Positions 43,897 to 47,058 of a stretch of 47,058 nucleotides of DNA are shown in pieces. The stretch's first letter is position 1, and each line of letters opens with the position of its first letter. The DNA is from Candidatus Zipacnadia bacterium. GTDB taxonomy: Bacteria; Armatimonadota; Zipacnadia; Zipacnadales; Zipacnadaceae. The stretch lies in the NCBI GenBank assembly GCA_029821195.1, contig JALGTU010000003.1, positions 1 to 47,058 of the forward strand, read 5' to 3'. The position numbers and the translations under genes are program-made. A model generated the notes under the pieces. It was not told where the DNA came from. It made no database searches and saw only the letters and a program-made list of their open reading frames with translations.

Positions 43897-44998
43897 CCTC
43901 CATCACCAGGCGCTGAATCTGGCGAATCGTCAGCCCCTTGATGCCCAGCTTCTCCACTGTCCGGCCACCCGCACACAAGTCCCGGCCCACCAGGCAGGAG
44001 GCCAGATGGGCTACCGCACCCATTGTCGGGGTCGCCACGCCCAGCATCTCGCCCAATGAGATCATCGGCATCAGGCCGGTGGGAACGTCTTCGAGGATGT
44101 AGCGGTGCGAGACTATCGCCGGGGCCATAATGCCGCTGTAGCCGGGATTGGCGGCTATGGCCTCGTAGAGATTGTCGCCGGCGGCACTGTAGGCGATGAA
44201 CAGCCAGTTTTTGGCTGACATCACGCCCACGCCCAGGGCGTCGCCGAGCCGGACGCGTTCTCGATCCATCTCCTCCAGCACGTCCGCCACCGACGGCGTG
44301 ATGCCCTGGAGATAGTACTGAAAGTCGCCGTGGGTATCTTCCACGCGTCCGGCGTTCATCACCATCACCGTGGGGTGGAAGATCACGCCCACATTGTTGA
44401 GGCTGGTCTTCAGGACATTGTCACCGGGCACAAACTGGGGATAGGCCACGCGCAGCGCTTTGACTACCTCGTTAGTGCGATAGCTGGGAATGGCCGCCAC
44501 CGGCACGCTGTTCTTGACCGAGAAGATGCGCACCTGCGCCGGCTGGGTCGCCCGGCTGGCGTATATGAACGTCTGGGCTTCGGCGATCAACACGTCCGCC
44601 GTACAGCCCCTCTCCAGGATGATATGCCGGAATTCCAGTGCGCCACCGGTGCGGCCGGGATTCAGTACCACGATCTGCCCGTCGCGCAAGTGAGGGGCGC
44701 ACACCTCCGCGATGAAGGCGTGGCCCGTGGCCGGGAGGACCACCATCACTATATCAGCGCCGTCCAGCGCTTCGCCCGCATCAGTGGTTACCACCGCTAT
44801 TGGGCCCTCGCCCTTCTCGACATCGTCCAGACCGGGGCTGAGTAGCTCGATATTGCCCCTTTCCATTATCGGCACAAGTCTTTCGTCGGACCGGTTGTAG
44901 AGGTTGACTTCAAACCCCTTGAGTGCCAGGTGAGCAGCCATGGCCGTCCCGCCATGCCCGGCACCCATCACGCAAAAACGAGGCTTATCCTGGTTCAT
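43874..44998 (-). CDS. NAD/NADP octopine/nopaline (opine) dehydrogenase family protein
   Basis: GAGHGG, LNPGRTGG, EAQT, NNVGVIFHP, DRERV and HRYILEDVPTGL motifs; AAGGAGG RBS. Confidence 0.92.
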   Translation of the reverse strand: MNQDKPRFCVMGAGHGGTAMAAHLALKGFEVNLYNRSDERLVPIMERGNIELLSPGLDDVEKGEGPIAVVTTDAGEALDGADIVMVVLPATGHAFIAEVCAPHLRDGQIVVLNPGRTGGALEFRHIILERGCTADVLIAEAQTFIYASRATQPAQVRIFSVKNSVPVAAIPSYRTNEVVKALRVAYPQFVPGDNVLKTSLNNVGVIFHPTVMVMNAGRVEDTHGDFQYYLQGITPSVADVLEEMDRERVRLGDALGVGVMSAKNWLFIAYSAAGDNLYEAIAANPGYSGIMAPAIVSHRYILEDVPTGLMPMISLGEMLGVATPTMGAVAHLASCLVGRDLCAGGRTVEKLGIKGLTIRQIQRLVMEGDPGDPQ

Positions 44999-45020
44999 TA
45001 CCGCCTCCTTGGTACTGGGT

Positions 45021-45029
45021 ATTATAGCA
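45021..45029 (-). promoter_or_regulatory. Extended -10 promoter of the opine dehydrogenase operon
   Basis: Minus strand TGCTATAAT, about 22 nt upstream of ATG 44998. No consensus -35. Confidence 0.6.
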
Positions 45030-45225
45030 GGTAGTGCAGTGAAGCGACAGGTCGCGGGCGGGTAATGCCCCGGAGCGGAGTACGACTGAACTGCTGGCGT
45101 TACCGCAACTACCTGTAATGATACCGGCTCAGGTGGCTGCTGTCAACGTAACGGTATGCTTCGGGAGGATAAATGACCCGCGCGCACGAAATACTATGCT
45201 CCGATCTATGGAAGGGGGCAACTAT

Positions 45226-46383
45226 ATGAATTCCACGAAGCGCTTCCAACTCGTGCCGATGCCTGAGGTAGTCTTCGGCACCGGCACAATCGCCCAGGTG
45301 GGCGAGAGGACTGCGCAGCTCGGCAGTAAGGCGCTGCTGGTCACCGGGCGCGGTTCGCTGCGCCAGTCCGGGTGGCTGGACCGAATCGTCGGCGATCTTG
45401 TCGAGCACGGTGTAGCCGTGACCGTCTTTGAGGGTGTTGAGCCCGAGCCGTCCCTGGCCACTGTCGAGCGGGGCCGGGAGATGCTGCGCGAGGCGGGCTG
45501 CGATGTGGTGCTCGCCGTGGGCGGGGGGAGCAGCCTCGACGTGGGCAAGGCAATCGGGGCGCTGGCTAATGCGCCCGGCACGGTGGCCGATTACCACCAG
45601 GGCCGCGAGATCACCGAGACCGGCCTTCCGATCATCGCCGCGCCGACCACCTCAGGAACCGGTACCGAGGTCACGCCCAACGCCGTGCTCAGCGACCACG
45701 AGCGCGGCGTCAAGGCGAGCATCCGCGGCGACGGTATCATCCCGAAGGTGGCGATCGTAGACCCCCAACTCACGCTGACCGCCCCGCCCGCCGCTACCGC
45801 ATACAGCGGTATGGATGCCTTCGTCCAGGCGCTGGAGGCCTACACATCTACGGGCGCCAATCTCGTCACCGATGGGCTGGCTGCCGCCGCACTCGTACAC
45901 ATTGGCGGGTCCCTGCGCACCGCCTATCACGACGGCTCGGACCTGTGCGCGCGGGAGCACGTGAGCCTGGGCAGCCTGCTGGCGGGGATGGCTTTTGCCA
46001 GCTCGCGGTTGGGGCTGGTCCACGGCCTGGCCCACCCGGTCGGAGCAGCAACCGGCGAGCCGCACGGGCGCGTCTGTGGGTTGCTGCTGGCGCATGTCAT
46101 CGAGTTCAATATGGTCGCCGCCTGTGAAAAGTACGCCCAGGCCGCGCGGATGCTGGATATCACCGCCGATCCCGATGACGAGGTCGCCGCCTGGCAGCTT
46201 CACCGGTGGGTAGTTGAGTTGGTCGAGGAGCTCCAGATTGGCACGACACTGTCGGAACTGGGCGTTACCGAGGCCGACCTGGCCGCGATGATCGAGCCTA
46301 CCATCTCTTCCAGCTCGAGCCAGCACAATCCGCGCGAAGTGACCGAGCCGGATTTGTGGGACTTCCTGCGGCGGATGCTGTAA
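45226..46383 (+). CDS. Iron-containing alcohol dehydrogenase family protein
   Basis: VGGGSSLD, PTTSGTGTEVT, GMDAFVQALE, GLVHGLAH and PHG motifs. Start ATG 45226 after AAGGGGG. Confidence 0.92.
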   Translation: MNSTKRFQLVPMPEVVFGTGTIAQVGERTAQLGSKALLVTGRGSLRQSGWLDRIVGDLVEHGVAVTVFEGVEPEPSLATVERGREMLREAGCDVVLAVGGGSSLDVGKAIGALANAPGTVADYHQGREITETGLPIIAAPTTSGTGTEVTPNAVLSDHERGVKASIRGDGIIPKVAIVDPQLTLTAPPAATAYSGMDAFVQALEAYTSTGANLVTDGLAAAALVHIGGSLRTAYHDGSDLCAREHVSLGSLLAGMAFASSRLGLVHGLAHPVGAATGEPHGRVCGLLLAHVIEFNMVAACEKYAQAARMLDITADPDDEVAAWQLHRWVVELVEELQIGTTLSELGVTEADLAAMIEPTISSSSSQHNPREVTEPDLWDFLRRML

Positions 46384-46456
46384 GGCACAGATTCTTAACA
46401 GCTTGTGCGGAGAAGCTGCGAAGTTGTGTTATCTGGGGATTCAAGAGGCCAAGAGG

Positions 46457-46571
46457 GGTAGGGGCGACATTCTTGTCGCGATTGTCTCGGGTGTGGCAGG
46501 GACGTTCGGTACGCCCCGAGATAGTCGAAGGGTGCCCTGATAGCTGTCGCGACAGGAATGTCGCTCCTACC
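46457..46571. repeat. REP doublet (REPIN), family C
   Basis: GGTAGGGGCGACATTCTTGTCGCGA ... TCGCGACAGGAATGTCGCTCCTACC, near-identical to the unit at 22407. Confidence 0.88.
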
Positions 46572-46667
46572 GTGGTGAGGGTTGGAGCAAAGATGCCCCT
46601 CGCATAGCGGGATAATGTTAGTCTGGACAATGCTCGTGCCGCGAGATCCTTACCCAGGGAGGCTGCT

Positions 46668-47006
46668 ATGGAAACGGTTAATGAGTTTGAATGTGAATTT
46701 CGGTTTGGCGACCACGGGCCCAAGTACTTTCTGCGCGGGCCGCGATTTGAATGGGGTGTGATCGTCTTCCAGCCCGGCCAGGAGCTGGGCGCGCACAAGC
46801 ACGCCGAAGTCGAGGAGACCTTCTACTTCGAGAGCGGCACGCCGCTGATGGTGGTGAACGGGCAGGAGCATCGGATCACCGCCGGCGACGTCTTCCGCCT
46901 GGAGCCCGGCGAGGCGCATAACATCGTCAACGACACCGCTGGCGACACCCGCATCATCTTCATCAAGTGCCCGTATGTGCCCGGGGATAAGATTGAGATC
47001 AAATAG
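46668..47006 (+). CDS. Cupin domain protein
   Basis: HKHAEVEETFYFESG and GDVFRLEPGEAH motifs; GGAGG RBS. Confidence 0.9.
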   Translation: METVNEFECEFRFGDHGPKYFLRGPRFEWGVIVFQPGQELGAHKHAEVEETFYFESGTPLMVVNGQEHRITAGDVFRLEPGEAHNIVNDTAGDTRIIFIKCPYVPGDKIEIK

Positions 47007-47058
47007 CCTCAGCCAGCCGCTGGAGGGCCGCCAGGAACGGCTCGCCGTCCAGTTGGTG

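Noticed and set aside
45805-45840. Gln instead of His in the Fe-ADH metal motif (DAFVQALE)
   Set aside because: This substitution occurs in known subgroups of the family and the other ligands are present.

Overview
GC-rich bacterial chromosomal segment with about 40 genes. The GFTLIELLVVIAIIAILAAILFPVFARA-type prepilin/H-X9-DG protein suggests Armatimonadota (inference). Housekeeping genes include glyA, purH, ribD-ribE-ribBA-ribH, hflX, panE-like, an HtrA protease, a Lon-like protease and two PrsA-like foldases. These are mixed with carbohydrate-active and redox enzymes: a BNR/sialidase-like protein, heparinase II/III, GH26, a PIG-L deacetylase, aldo/keto reductases and an Fe-ADH. I saw no tRNA, rRNA, CRISPR array or intact transposase/integrase. 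Two cobalamin-centred systems stand out. (1) A complete promoter, cobalamin riboswitch and terminator control an operon whose first gene is a pilin-like DUF1559/H-X9-DG protein, followed by BtuF-like, Dph6-like ATP-dependent amide ligase, BtuD-like and BtuC-like genes; no TonB-dependent BtuB is present. (2) An opine dehydrogenase gene overlaps a single-chain glutamate-mutase-like (sigma+epsilon fused) B12 protein with a remodelled active site, followed by an HPS-RraA fusion, a PanE-like reductase and an AcsE-like methyltransferase. Several features are not called as such by the ORF track: a RAYT transposase relic and several REP families, a 44-codon DUF72 gene with its middle deleted, and a degenerate direct repeat of the acsE 3' end flanking an AT-richer epimerase gene. 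RibBA has an apparently dead DHBP synthase domain, and PurH has a short internal duplication. All family assignments come from motif recognition by eye, without database searches.
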